DNA from: Tetramitus jugosus
Lineage: Eukaryota; Protista; Heterolobosea
Length of the DNA: 64,000 nucleotides
Assembly (NCBI GenBank): GCA_937625935.1
Contig: OW569362.1
Coordinates: forward strand, 248,001 to 312,000
Reading direction: 5' to 3'
The notes beneath the pieces are model-generated. The model saw only the letters and a list, made by a program, of their open reading frames with translations. It did not search any database and had not been told where the DNA came from. The number at the start of each line of letters is the position of its first letter. The stretch's first letter is position 1. Positions 31,004 through 42,900 of this stretch are shown here, piece by piece. The position numbers and the translations under genes were made by a program.

Positions 31004-34000
31004 ATGAATTCACACCATGATCACAGTGAAAAGAGTGAGACGCATCAAGAATCACCCACTGCAACAACAAATGAGGAATATGGAAATATAGAGTCATCCG
31101 TGTTGAGAGCTGTTCAAAAGATTGTAAAGTACATTCATTCTGAGGGAGCAACTCATGTGACCAAAGAGCACGTATTCCAAGAATTGTATAGGGTGCTCGG
31201 ATCTGATTTTATGACTCTGAGTGCTCGTGTCAAGGAATTGTCTCGCAGAATGAACGTGGATGAAACCATGGATTTCAAATTCTCCGATGTTCCTGAGCCA
31301 ATCGTGCTGTCAAAGGTGAGTGAAGAAGCTCAAAAAAGTGCACAAAACAGGCGTGTGGCACCGTTGGAGATGTCTGATGAGGAATTGATTGAGTCATATA
31401 GGGATGAATTGAATCAGCCGCAGTATGAGGTTGATGATTTGGCCATTAGTAGCGAGGGAGTAGATGCGAGAACAGTCGTCAGAGGACACAGACGATTTGG
31501 ACAATCATATACGCAGTACATGAATCAATTGAAGAGTCAGAGACAAGTAATGAGTATGTTCAAGGCGCCGGATCCTAGTGTAGATCCAGGCGATTTTGAG
31601 TTTCCTTCGCCGATCAGGTTGGTGTATGATGAAGAAAAACCGAGCTATAAGGATATTGAAGCATATAGAGGAGATCGAGATCCAGAGTTGACGGATGCTG
31701 ATCGAGCTGCACAACAAGCATTAAGTTATATACAGAAGCGAGCGGCCTATTTTGAATACATTGCCAATATTAAGAATATTAAGCAGATTCCATTCAAAAC
31801 TGAGCGACTGTTAATGCTGGAAAACTTTCGTAACTACTTGGTTGATGCTCGCTATTATATTAAATTCTATCAGCAGTATTCTCATTATTGGGCGCCACAG
31901 GCGACAAGAACAATTGTTCCTTACAAGGGCATGTATGTCCCACTTGAGAAGAGAAAAGAGGAAGAGACATATCATTTTGGGCAACCTGTGAATCAATTTA
32001 AACCTTTGAGGAAATTGATCTATCAGGATTTTCACAACAAGGTACGGAATGGAGAACCACCATCCTTTGATCTGGATGGTAAGTTGCCAACACTGGCCAT
32101 GTACTATGCACGAACAACATTTGTGCCACCAATGAGTGATGAAGAGATGCAACAATTATTTTATCCTGATCGAGTGTTAGATCGAAATAGAAAACCATAC
32201 TTGGATCAGCTGAATGCTGCCATCCTGTCGAAAAAGAAACAAAAACCGAAAAGAGATCCAACGCAATATTTCTCTCAATTCTTAGACCAATTTCAGACAA
32301 CATATACAACACGCAGCCATATCTTACAGCATATCAGTCGACCTTTCTGCTCAAGTTATAAGACTACATCAGATCGATATTCGACGCTAACCGGAGAGAG
32401 ATTGTTGAATAACTTGAATAGATTATTTTACTTGTTTGGAGGTGTTGTAGATAGGAAAACGAATGACTTTCCTCAGTCTCATGATTGTATTATCTTGTTA
32501 CACAGTAGTTCGATGGAGCTGGCGCAACAAGCATCGGTAGAATATGTACTATTGTTATGTTTTGCTCTTGTGTGTGGTATTCCAGTCGTTACACTGAATG
32601 TGACGAACGAAAATTTAATTGAAGCTCTAGGATCAGCATCCAACTATTGTTCTTGTGGTCTGCTATGCACATTCGATGAGCACATTTTATCAATATTATG
32701 TCAAAGAGAGCACAATTCTGTGTGCCAACAACTAGGTCTTCAACATATACTCTATTATGGTGATCACGAGCCAAAGGCTCGCATCAATAGTGTGAATGGT
32801 TCTTCGTGCGTAGAAGATCCGGTATCAAACATTCTAAAACCTACAATAGATAAGCCGATGGAACAAACTTACGAAAATTCTTCACTCTGGCAATATTTAC
32901 CATTAGAAGCTTCATCGTCTGCAATTTTTCAATTACATCAATACAAGTCAAGTATGGCTAGCACGAAAGGTATATCAGACGCTCTATTGGAGGATTGCAG
33001 ATACAAAGTTTTAGAAAGATCTTCAAAACTGAGGAGTATGCGAAATGTGTCTCATCCACCTGCTATGCTGATTCAACAAGGTGATAAAACCATGGTAGGT
33101 GTTGATATGGACAAGATTATGCAATCAATCACACGTGTAGAAACGAGTCTCTCTTCAATTCTGCACACAATCAAGCAAAAGAGTAATTCGGTATGTGTTT
33201 CCTATCTATGTAGTCGATTGTTTTTATTGCTAAACCTTTTTCTAACTTGATATGTATAGGTTGTCCCTCGTGTGGCGCAAGTATTGATAGCACTTCCTTC
33301 GAATCACCCACTATTTCATTTTTGGGTCTTGTTCTGCTTTAAACAATCATTATCCTTCTGTTTTGTATCAGTTTCTGAGCTGAATACACTCCAAGGTGCT
33401 ATGAAACATATTTCGACGATCAAACCTCAGCTCTTGATCGCTGATACACACACAACAAACTCCATTACATTGTGGATGCAATCGTCACAATGGACTCATT
33501 CTCGCTCGTCCACCTCCCCCAATATTTTGGACAACAACAATATTCTTCAAATTGATATGGGATATCGCGGTCTCTTAGAAGACATGTCCAACTCTTCCGA
33601 ACAGTGGATAAAATCTAACATATTGAAAGCTGTTCAAAATACAGTCTCAAACATGAACAAGCACAGTATCCACCTTGACATGATTAGCGTTGGTTACAAC
33701 ATCCTATCACCAACTCTTGTAGATTATCATAAGCGGGCTCGCAGCCGATTATTCCACGCGATTCCATCTGAAGCAATGTTTGGCCCTGTGTTGATGTATG
33801 ATTCGCTTGACAAGGATCAGGTAGAGGGGCATTCATATCAGGATGTCGGCACATATCAATCTATTCCCGAAATTAACTCCTATGAAGTTTGGTGTGGTGA
33901 CCTTAATTCCTTGTCTTGTCTTTCGAGGAGTGAACGTGAGTATCTTAAACTCTCGCAATTTGAGATCCTAGAATCATTATTAGCGGCAGTGTTCAATAGT

Positions 34001-35047
34001 GAATCATTGCACAATGATGATGCTGATAATCTACTCAATCTAAAGCGTCTATTTGATGATATACAGTTACCTCAGGATTGTCGAAGATCATTTGCTCAAT
34101 TTTTAAACATGAAGCGAGAGTTAATATTCTATGACCGAGTGCAACAGACTCTACGGTCAAGAAGTATTGCGAGACAAGCTGATTCTAGTATTGATGTGAC
34201 TGCTGTGTCCTCCATAGAACATGCTTTATTCAGTGCTTTGCTTGATGAGCTTACATATGTTACGATTGAGGAAACTATGTCTCAGATAACGTATGATGAT
34301 GTGATGAAATTCCTTCAATTAAGAATAGATTTGACAATAGAAGCCTTGAAGCTTCAAATCATTGATTTTCGGAATAGATTCTATAGGGCCAAGAGATCGA
34401 AACGTGTTTTGATTGATACAAAGGTTGACATTTCCGGTCCCGAACTAGTTGAGAGCGATAGTTGTCATTTGTTGCGAGATCTAGTAGCATTTGGACCATC
34501 TAGAGACAGATTGCTTCTGTGTCCAGTCGCGCACATCTTGGTGTTACCGAATGATGCTGTGATAAATTGTAGTCTAGTCGAGCATTTGTACGAAACAGAG
34601 TCAGATGGCCTCGTTCAGAGAGTTTATGTTAGCAGAAGTTATCGTCCAAATGAACCTCTCCAAGCAGTTGTTCAACGGCACAATCATGTCCGTGCTAGTC
34701 AAATAATGCTGAGACTACCTGATATCAATAAGCGGGTCAAGGAGTTTTATGAAAGTATCATTGGAGTTCGTCCAGTAGTTGTGAATTCAAACTCACAATG
34801 GCTTCAGTTGAAATCTATGTTTGCACAGAGGAGCACAGGAAAGCAAGAAGTATTCACAATTAGTCTCCATGATGAGCGAGCTGCTTCGTTCCTTCTTCCG
34901 TTTACATCTCGGGACATTCTTAGCATCTCAAATGCTTCATCTCTGGGATCACTTAGCAACGACCTAGAATTCAACCCCGATTTGATGGAGCAAATGTTTG
35001 GCCCTGCTCTGACAGACAGTGCGAGACACTTGTATTCACGATTGTAA
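31004..35047 (+). CDS. Large uncharacterised protein (about 1320 aa) with remote acyl-CoA-ligase-like segments; exons 31004-33190 and 33260-35047
   Basis: Two long ORFs are joined in frame by GTATGT..TCTAAC..TATAG (33191-33259). The fold assignment is tentative. Confidence 0.7.
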
Positions 35048-35091
35048 TTTTCTTATAATAGAATGCTTGTACCTGTCACTCAGCTTGTGCT

Positions 35092-35493
35092 TTATTGTTG
35101 CAAGTCTTCTGGGAAAGTGTGGTAGCCAGTGGCAGCATCCATCTCCAAAACCCACTCACGTGGCACAATCTTGTCATTCAGTTCCAGTGCACCGTACAAG
35201 TGCGGAAATGGTTCACCTCTGGATGGGACAGGATCCCATTTCATCTCACCAGACTTGTCCGACTTTTTTAGCTCTTGAAGATTGACCTCAATCAAGATTA
35301 GATTGTCCTCTCCTTTTCTGTAGAGACGACAACTCTGCTCAATGTGTTTTGCAGTACTAAAGTGAAGAAAGCCGTCTTTCAAGTCCTCTGCAGATCCAGT
35401 GTACAGACCTAGTTCTTTTCCTTTGGCCCAATCGGCTTTTCTGGCAAGGTGGTAGGCAAAACGAGAGCTCACACTAGGGCAAGTTGTGTCCAT
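35092..35493 (-). CDS. DUF952-family protein
   Basis: AYHLARKADW..YTGSAEDLKDGFLHFST..LILIEV..KWD..GEPFPHLYGAL is the DUF952 pattern. ATG at 35493. Confidence 0.85.
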   Translation of the reverse strand: MDTTCPSVSSRFAYHLARKADWAKGKELGLYTGSAEDLKDGFLHFSTAKHIEQSCRLYRKGEDNLILIEVNLQELKKSDKSGEMKWDPVPSRGEPFPHLYGALELNDKIVPREWVLEMDAATGYHTFPEDLQQ

Positions 35494-35648
35494 GATTATC
35501 TGTGTTGTCGTTTTCGATTGTCCCACCTTCCAAAACGAAAAGTGCTTCCATTTTTCCCGCCACAAAAAAAACAAAGAAAAGCTTACGATTTGGTTGTTGG
35601 GAGCCACAAGTGATCATTATTGAATGTGTCGTAGTAATAGTAGATGAT

Positions 35649-37535
35649 ATGAATAAAAGCAACAACAATAAGAAAGATAACAACAACAGTAATTCCTCAT
35701 CGCCAACGAACACTGCTGCGATACATAACCATCAATCACACACGAAACACAACAACTCGTCGATTGTCTCTGCACTAGGACGGTTCTTTGATTGTTTTTC
35801 GACGACCATCGGAATATCGGGAAATAGTAGCGGAGAAATTCGAAGCTTTGAAGAGATTGAGGATGCGTTTCGAGGTGTAATCAGAGATGAGTTGAACATG
35901 ATGGATGTCCAACCCACTTATACAACCTCTCTTCACTTGTACATTCGTGTCTTTTTCGAGGATTTTTATTCTCCGATCGGAGAATACTCAATAGAGGAGG
36001 GAAAAACGGACTACAGTAGCTCATGTGAGCAAAATCGAATCAAGAGAATCATTGGCTACTTTTTGTGGTTTGTTCTCGGTGATATGCACTCACTGAAGCA
36101 GGTCTTGTTCTATCATTTTGATATCTTTCCTCATCATCATCATCAGATGACGAATCGTGATGATGATACATCTGATTCTTCATTGTTTGATAGAGCAAGT
36201 GGTCTCTACGATGTAACCACGCACGAAAAGTGGTTCATTATTAAACTGTTGTTGATTATGCTGGGAACAGTGAAGGAATCAGATGTGAAGCAATTGATGC
36301 ATGAAACACCGTTGACTGTCATACAGGAGAGGGACGTTGCTTTTCAGATGGAAGCACTGTTGAGAAACCCTATTTTGGTCAACGTATTGAGCGAAATGAA
36401 GAATAGTTATGCAATAGAGTTACAATCATGTCGATTAGGAGGTTTGTGCTCACAGGGTACATCAAGACGTGTTTATCCTCAGAGTATGACGTTGTCTCAG
36501 TTGGATTCTGCTGATTTCATGTCAAATGTTGACAGTTATCGAGTGCTAGAAGTGTCGTTCAAGGATGGAGTGAATCGAATGGAGGAGATGGCCCTTTTGG
36601 GTGAACGACATCACGATGGAACAATGATCGTGAGCTCGAAAGATAGTAGAACGAGTGTTATTCATGGGAATGACGATAATGAGGATGACACTGATTTTTT
36701 GCTTCGCTTTCAACCGAATTATGAATTGCCACTTCCTGATGACTTGCCATTGAACGAAAAGGAAGAATTATTTTGGTTATTGCCAATGGATGAACGCTGT
36801 TTTCATCGCAACTTGCAATACAACGACTTTTTATGGTGTGATTCGAGTGTAGCAATGCCTACTCTCTCCTCTCCATATACACCTGGCATGCACAAACAAA
36901 GCAGTGCAGACAATGCCAGTACTCTCTCTGGGTCTGCAAATAGTGGAGAGATATCTGTGGTAGATCCTGACGAAACCAAGTGGATAACTCTATTTTCTAA
37001 TGCATTTTCCTTGCAATTGAAACCCGTTGAACAATCATTTGTGATTCAACACATAGAACAATATCTGTCAAATACGAACTTTCTCACACCGAACAAACTG
37101 AGCGATCTTGTGATGAACAATTCGATTATAGCCGCGAATGTGCTAAAGTACTACATCAAGACAGACAATCCTGGTATCGATGATTACCTGTCTGTTTTGT
37201 CTAATATGCAACCAGTGTGTATTCAATCAATGGAAGTGATCAATTCGTTACTTGAAGTTGATTCAGAGGCAGTAGATATGAAATACTATCTCGGATTTTA
37301 TATTCATAATGGAATATGCAGTTGTGATCGAATGTCGTCTGATGTTTCGATGCAGAAGCGTCTTGTCCGAATATTGTCAGTGTTTCTAAAATCTCTCATA
37401 CAGAGGCAGATACTCGATGTGTCAAGCAACAAGTTTGAGGATTTGATATTACAGGTTCGAACTTTTTGCATTCAGTACTCCAAGATGAGAGAGGCATCAG
37501 ATTTGTTCCGGTTGTTGGGCCCCTCAAAGAAATAA
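35649..37535 (+). CDS. CNOT11: CCR4-NOT complex subunit 11
   Basis: C-terminal domain LTPNKLSDLVMNNSIIA..SMEVINSL..MQKRLVRILSVFLKSLI..FCIQYSKMREASDLFRLL. Confidence 0.85.
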   Translation: MNKSNNNKKDNNNSNSSSPTNTAAIHNHQSHTKHNNSSIVSALGRFFDCFSTTIGISGNSSGEIRSFEEIEDAFRGVIRDELNMMDVQPTYTTSLHLYIRVFFEDFYSPIGEYSIEEGKTDYSSSCEQNRIKRIIGYFLWFVLGDMHSLKQVLFYHFDIFPHHHHQMTNRDDDTSDSSLFDRASGLYDVTTHEKWFIIKLLLIMLGTVKESDVKQLMHETPLTVIQERDVAFQMEALLRNPILVNVLSEMKNSYAIELQSCRLGGLCSQGTSRRVYPQSMTLSQLDSADFMSNVDSYRVLEVSFKDGVNRMEEMALLGERHHDGTMIVSSKDSRTSVIHGNDDNEDDTDFLLRFQPNYELPLPDDLPLNEKEELFWLLPMDERCFHRNLQYNDFLWCDSSVAMPTLSSPYTPGMHKQSSADNASTLSGSANSGEISVVDPDETKWITLFSNAFSLQLKPVEQSFVIQHIEQYLSNTNFLTPNKLSDLVMNNSIIAANVLKYYIKTDNPGIDDYLSVLSNMQPVCIQSMEVINSLLEVDSEAVDMKYYLGFYIHNGICSCDRMSSDVSMQKRLVRILSVFLKSLIQRQILDVSSNKFEDLILQVRTFCIQYSKMREASDLFRLLGPSKK

Positions 37536-37780
37536 TGTCCACCAAGAGGTATTCCCAGAAAGATGTTGTGTAAAAATTGGCAAAGTATTTATTTCTTATC
37601 ATGTTTTGGGAGAATGCAGGCGATGGCACATGCAAGGGAGCTCCCTTGTGGCTTATCATAAAGTGTTCTTCGACAGGGAAAGTTCCACACCTATGTATTC
37701 CTAATATTGTTTCAATAGTGATCAGATTCTGATAATAATCTGCAAGGTCACCGCGTGTACAGTAGTATAGTAATGAATTG

Positions 37781-39574
37781 TTATTCGTCTTCTGCCCGAG
37801 AAGTATCGATGGAAGGAGAATTTCTGTGCTTTTTCAGTCCAAGCTTGCTCTTGATACCCTTGAGGCTGGGCAACTTTCCAAAAGCAATCGAATGTCTCTT
37901 TGATGAATGATCCTGATTCTTGGGCCTTCTTCTTGGACCTGCAGCATCTGTCATTGGTGAGGAAGGATCCGATGTTCTTGGTCCGACAGTATCTAATGAC
38001 ACATCTGTAATATCAAACGACGAATGAGATGGTGGTGTACCGCCAAAGAAACCACCCGTTCCTCCAAAGCTCTTTCGCCACTTTTTGCTTCTTGGCGAAG
38101 TTCCAATATTGAGAGCAAGAGAAGCTCTCTTCTTCTTTAATTCGATCATATTAATAATCTCTCGGATAGCAGAGTCAATACCCTATTCAGTACAATACAA
38201 CACATTCGACATTTCAGAACATAAAAAAAAATATGATCGTCAGATTTTGCCGTTGCAAAAGTGTCACCCATCAACAAAAATTTCCATATTTGGATAATTG
38301 TAGATGACAGTTGTCAAAAAAACAGAAAAAAAATGCGTTACCTTATTGTGCGCCTGAACGCTTGAGCACTCCATAAAGGGACAACTCCACATGTCGCCCA
38401 TGCGAATGCCATCTAAAGTCTCCACTCTTCTCTTCTGTGTCTCATCACTCTTTGAGCCAATGAGAATAAATGGAACCTTGAGTGGTGGTGACGTAGCAGC
38501 AGCCGTTGGCACATCAGTCGATGAATCAGCTGTTGTGGTGCTTGAGCTAGCTGCTGTCACTGTCGTTCCCGTCTGACCTCCATTTTGTGTTGGACTATTC
38601 GTGTTACTACTACTGCCACTATTGTTATTGTGATTACTGCCTAGATTGGAATGAGCATCGAGCATCATTGACAATTTCTTGTGATAAATCTTGGCTCGTT
38701 CAACAGAGAACCGATTCGTCAAATCAATCATGATAAAATACCCATCAGCCTTCACAATAGCCTGCTGTTCTTCTTCAGTGAAACCAGTGTCATAAAAACT
38801 GGTGACATGAATCTCATATCTCACAAGGTCCTTCATGACAATAATGGTGTTTGGAGGAGGTGCATTTGCTGCAGCTGCCGTAGCAGATGTCGTGGCAGCC
38901 AATGTGCTTGATGTGGAGGCAGCAGCTGACGCAACCATGGAAGGATTTTTGCTCAACTCGTCATATGCCGTAATTTGTTGTCTCAAATCTTCGACAATCA
39001 TATTTTCCATGTACTGTTGTTGTGATTCAAAGCTTCCTCTGTTGCTGTTGACACTGGAGCGTTGACTGCCCGTAGAGCTATTGTTGGACAAGATACTACT
39101 ACGGTTGTTGGCGCTATTGTTGTTGTTATTGGCGCCAAAAAGTCCAGAAATGGAAAGACTTAACCGTTTTCCCGCGTTTTGGAACGCGTCGGAGATACTC
39201 ATTCGTTTATTGTTGTTGTTGATGCTGCTGTTGAAGGAGACTGAAGGAGAATGGATGCTGTTGCTGCTGTTACTATGATTAATAGTGTTGTTATTGATGT
39301 TATTGGTGTTAGTGTTGTTGTTATTGATGTTGTTGTTACTATTGTCCTCCTCAGCATCACAGAGTGAGAGTGAAGATCTTGTTGAGATGATCATTGTGTT
39401 TGTCTGTGGGTCAAACATTGGTTCCTTATAGTACAACAAACTGTTTCCAATGTAGCTCGTGGACTGTAGTTGAGCCTCCTTGTGAAACATTTGTTCTGCA
39501 GAGCGGATAAATGATTTTTTGCCGACTTTGCTTGAACCAAACAAGACAACGTTATATCTGACTGTAAGAACCAT
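37781..39574 (-). CDS. Atypical Ras-superfamily GTPase with long low-complexity insertions; exons 39574-38342 and 38182-37781
   Basis: G1 VVLFGSSKVGKKS, FYDTG, ADGYFIMIDLTNRFS, PFILIGSKSD, PFMECSS. The intron GTAACG..AATAG (38341-38183) joins in frame to GIDSAIREII. Confidence 0.8.
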
Positions 39575-39846
39575 TTCTATATATTAAATAATATGTATGT
39601 GTTTGTTGGTGATGATGTGTTTTTGATGGGTGTTGGTTTGTTGGTTGTTTGTTTGTTTGTTTGTTGTTGATAGAAAGTGTTGTTTGTCTTTTTTTTTGTT
39701 GGATGTTGAGAAAAGTGTGAGACGTTTGTTGTTGGCAAAAAGTGGTGAGAGGACTCTTGGGGGAGGGACCAAAAAACAAGACGTACTTCTTCGTTCCTTG
39801 ATGTGTGAGAATGCTGAGACTCAACTGACGCGAGTTTTTTTTTCTT

Positions 39847-39875
39847 TGTCACATGACACATCATGTCAAATGTCA
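39847..39875. promoter_or_regulatory. Cluster of four TGACA/TGTCA sites upstream of the atypical GTPase
   Basis: TGTCA 39847, TGACA 39854, TGTCA 39864, TGTCA 39871, plus TGACA 39933. Function is inferred only. Confidence 0.3.
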
Positions 39876-39987
39876 TTGTCTGATTTGGCTTTTTATACAA
39901 ATGGATTGTTCTTGCCGAAAGGGTTCACGGGATGACATTTTGAGATTAACGAAAGTTGTGCAGATGTTTCCGAGGAGGTCAAAACTG

Positions 39988-42900
39988 TTACTGGCTGATG
40001 TCGACATCAACGAGATACTGGCACAGGATGTCGCGGATTACAGGTTTTGCCAAAAGATTTCGACACTTTGGGCTGTTGTACATCCCAGCATGAAGAACGA
40101 GAGCAGAAAAACATTTTGTTTCTCTGTTGTACCGTTTGCTCTTGAGTACAGAAATTAAGTTTCCTACTAGTTCTTCTGTACTCAGAAAAATTGGTTAGAT
40201 TCAAAAGTATTTGTTTTGTGCCGAAGAATTATCATACCTGAAATTATATCAACTGTGTTGCTAGCTTTCTGGAAACTCAAGTTACGGATGATTGTGAGCC
40301 AATGCTTGCATACTTGTAACTCTTGGCTATCCCATTGAGACTCCTCCTTTCCAGATTCCAATTGTAACACATCTGACAGGGACAGAATTGATTCTGTCAG
40401 TCCTTTCGTTCTCAGAATTGCGATTTGGCCTTCGGCAGTAAATGAGATGCTCACAATAACGAAAAGAACTATATCGAGTCGATACAGAGATTTTGAGTGC
40501 CATAATGTCTCCAGATTCTTCTTAAAATTGCTAAGAAGGCCACTTTTAAGGACAATGGAGCAAGTGGAGGGATAGGTTGTCATGGAAGACAATATCCTCG
40601 AAGCAAGGAACAGAGTCTTGATATTTGTCTTGGATTCTGTCATTAGCTGAAGAGTGGTTTGTACTATGTTGTTTCTTGTTCTTGAATTATAATATCCTGC
40701 GATGTTCTTCTTCATTGAGTGAGAGTGAGAGAGTAGGTTCATGACCAGAGACATAATATCTTGCCTAAGGACCTCTGATACTCTGGGAGCCTTCCATATC
40801 CGGTGAAGAACGTTAAACACTTGGAATTTTGATAGGTAATCCTTAGCAGATTCAGATTCATGAGCAAATGCTTGAAATAGTTGGATGTGGGGCTGTAAAA
40901 GGCTTAGATGCATATTGAAGGATGAATCGCAAGTTTTTTCATCTTTGAGGGTAAACAACTTGGTTGTTACATCTAACTGTGTTAGCAATAGTGGAGCATA
41001 ATCATGGTCAATAAAACAACTTTTCGAAGCTTCACTCACTGATAACAATGCAGCCCAGGAAGCACAGAGAGTTATAATCTTTTTGACAATTGATTTGTCT
41101 TGAGTTAATGAAGCTGTACTTCTGCACAAAAGTTGATAGAATGAAGCCATTCTGTTGCACAGCTCGGTTCCATACATTATCATATCCTGTGGTCTATCCA
41201 GAACATTACTCCAAACTTCCTTTGGCCCGTTCAGAATTGAGATGAGTAGTTTTAAAACCAAATGGTGAAGCGAGGAACTATTGTCATCATTGAGTGTAAC
41301 ATACACTGTCTCCACAAGTTTTTGAAGAAGTCTCTGATCATTGACAGAAGGAATTTTCGTTTCATTCAAGCTACACGAATGATACAGAATATTGTTGAGT
41401 AACAGAATACAACTTTTCTTCATGTCAATACTCGAGGAATGAAGGTCAATACTTTCTTTTTGATCAGTGAGAATGTTGCATATCGTCGGTATTATCTCTG
41501 TTCTCTCGACAAAATAGTTAGCCAACGAAGGTTCAACTGCTAGCAAACAGAGAATGGAGTCACATATGTTAGCTATACATTCGATCATATGATGTTGGGC
41601 GGCTTTAGAAATGTTGTTGTTGATGTATTCTATCAGACCTTGCCACACTGAAAATTCAAACAAGATGGAGCAAGACTCTGGTCCACTTGATGAAAAATTG
41701 AATACGATGCATGAGAGACAAGAAACAAATCTTGGTGAGATATAGGGCTCCACTACACAGATTAATATCTGAGATAGTTTCTCTCGATCAATTAACTGCA
41801 CGAGTGTTGGTGCCTCCGTATTATCCATCAGTTCAACCAGATCCTTGTTCTCTGACAACAGTCTAGCTATACTGCATAGCAATGAAAGAGAATTTTCTCT
41901 AACAGTTGGGTCCCCACTCTTGTCAATGGAATATAGAACACACATTTCTAAAATGTTAGGAATCCTCTCTTGCAATAATTGGAAGTCGTCATTATTAGGG
42001 ATAGATTTTGATAGAAGAAAGAGGCCAGCTGATTTAGGCACCGATGATATCCAAGAATCTTCGAAGAGGGATTGAATCCAAGAAAAGGAGAGAAAGCCTA
42101 TCCAGCTGATTCCTTTTGAATACATATTTGCAGAGTATGCGCAAAGAGAAACAAGAGATTCATTAATGACATGTCGATTTCGAAAAGAGAGGGGAATTCT
42201 CTGTTTGTCAATAATTCCCACTAGATAAACTAATATTTCAGAGACGATATCTTCTTTGTAGAGTCCACTATCGTCATCCGTTAGAAATCGAGTAATAATT
42301 CTCATCGAGCCGCTCTTGATGACGATATCATCATTTTTTCTGAGAATTTGTGACATTGTGTGAAACACTTCTCTACTATTCAGAATTCTCTGTTCCTTGT
42401 CACTTCTCCTATTGAAAGACCATTTCAACATTGATTCGATAATCAAAATGATGGAGAGTTGCAAGGGAAGCGGGATCTTGAATTGTCTTTGATCAGATAA
42501 GAGGGGAAGGATGTTAGATTCTATTATTCCTGCAAAATAAAGTATTTGAGAAGTATTCAAGAATCCTATCACTCTTCTTATGAAGTCGAGTGTCTTATGC
42601 AAAATAACACAGTCTGTGTCAGTCCGAGGAGGAGTTACTATGAATCTATGGAACGCTTTTTTCCAATCACTTCTGAGATGTTGGACGACATCTTGATTAC
42701 TAAAGTCGAGTTCTTCGAGAGTGTCCATGATATCCAAAAAAGCTTTCTCATTGATACACTCAGATAATTCTTCGATCTTGTTGTGGATTAGCTCTCTGAT
42801 GAGAATCGGGTGCTGCAGCGATATTCTATCGTTAATTTCAATCATATCCTCTTCAATACTTCTAGCCCTGGATGGATCCCATTGTTTCATTTGATCCAAC

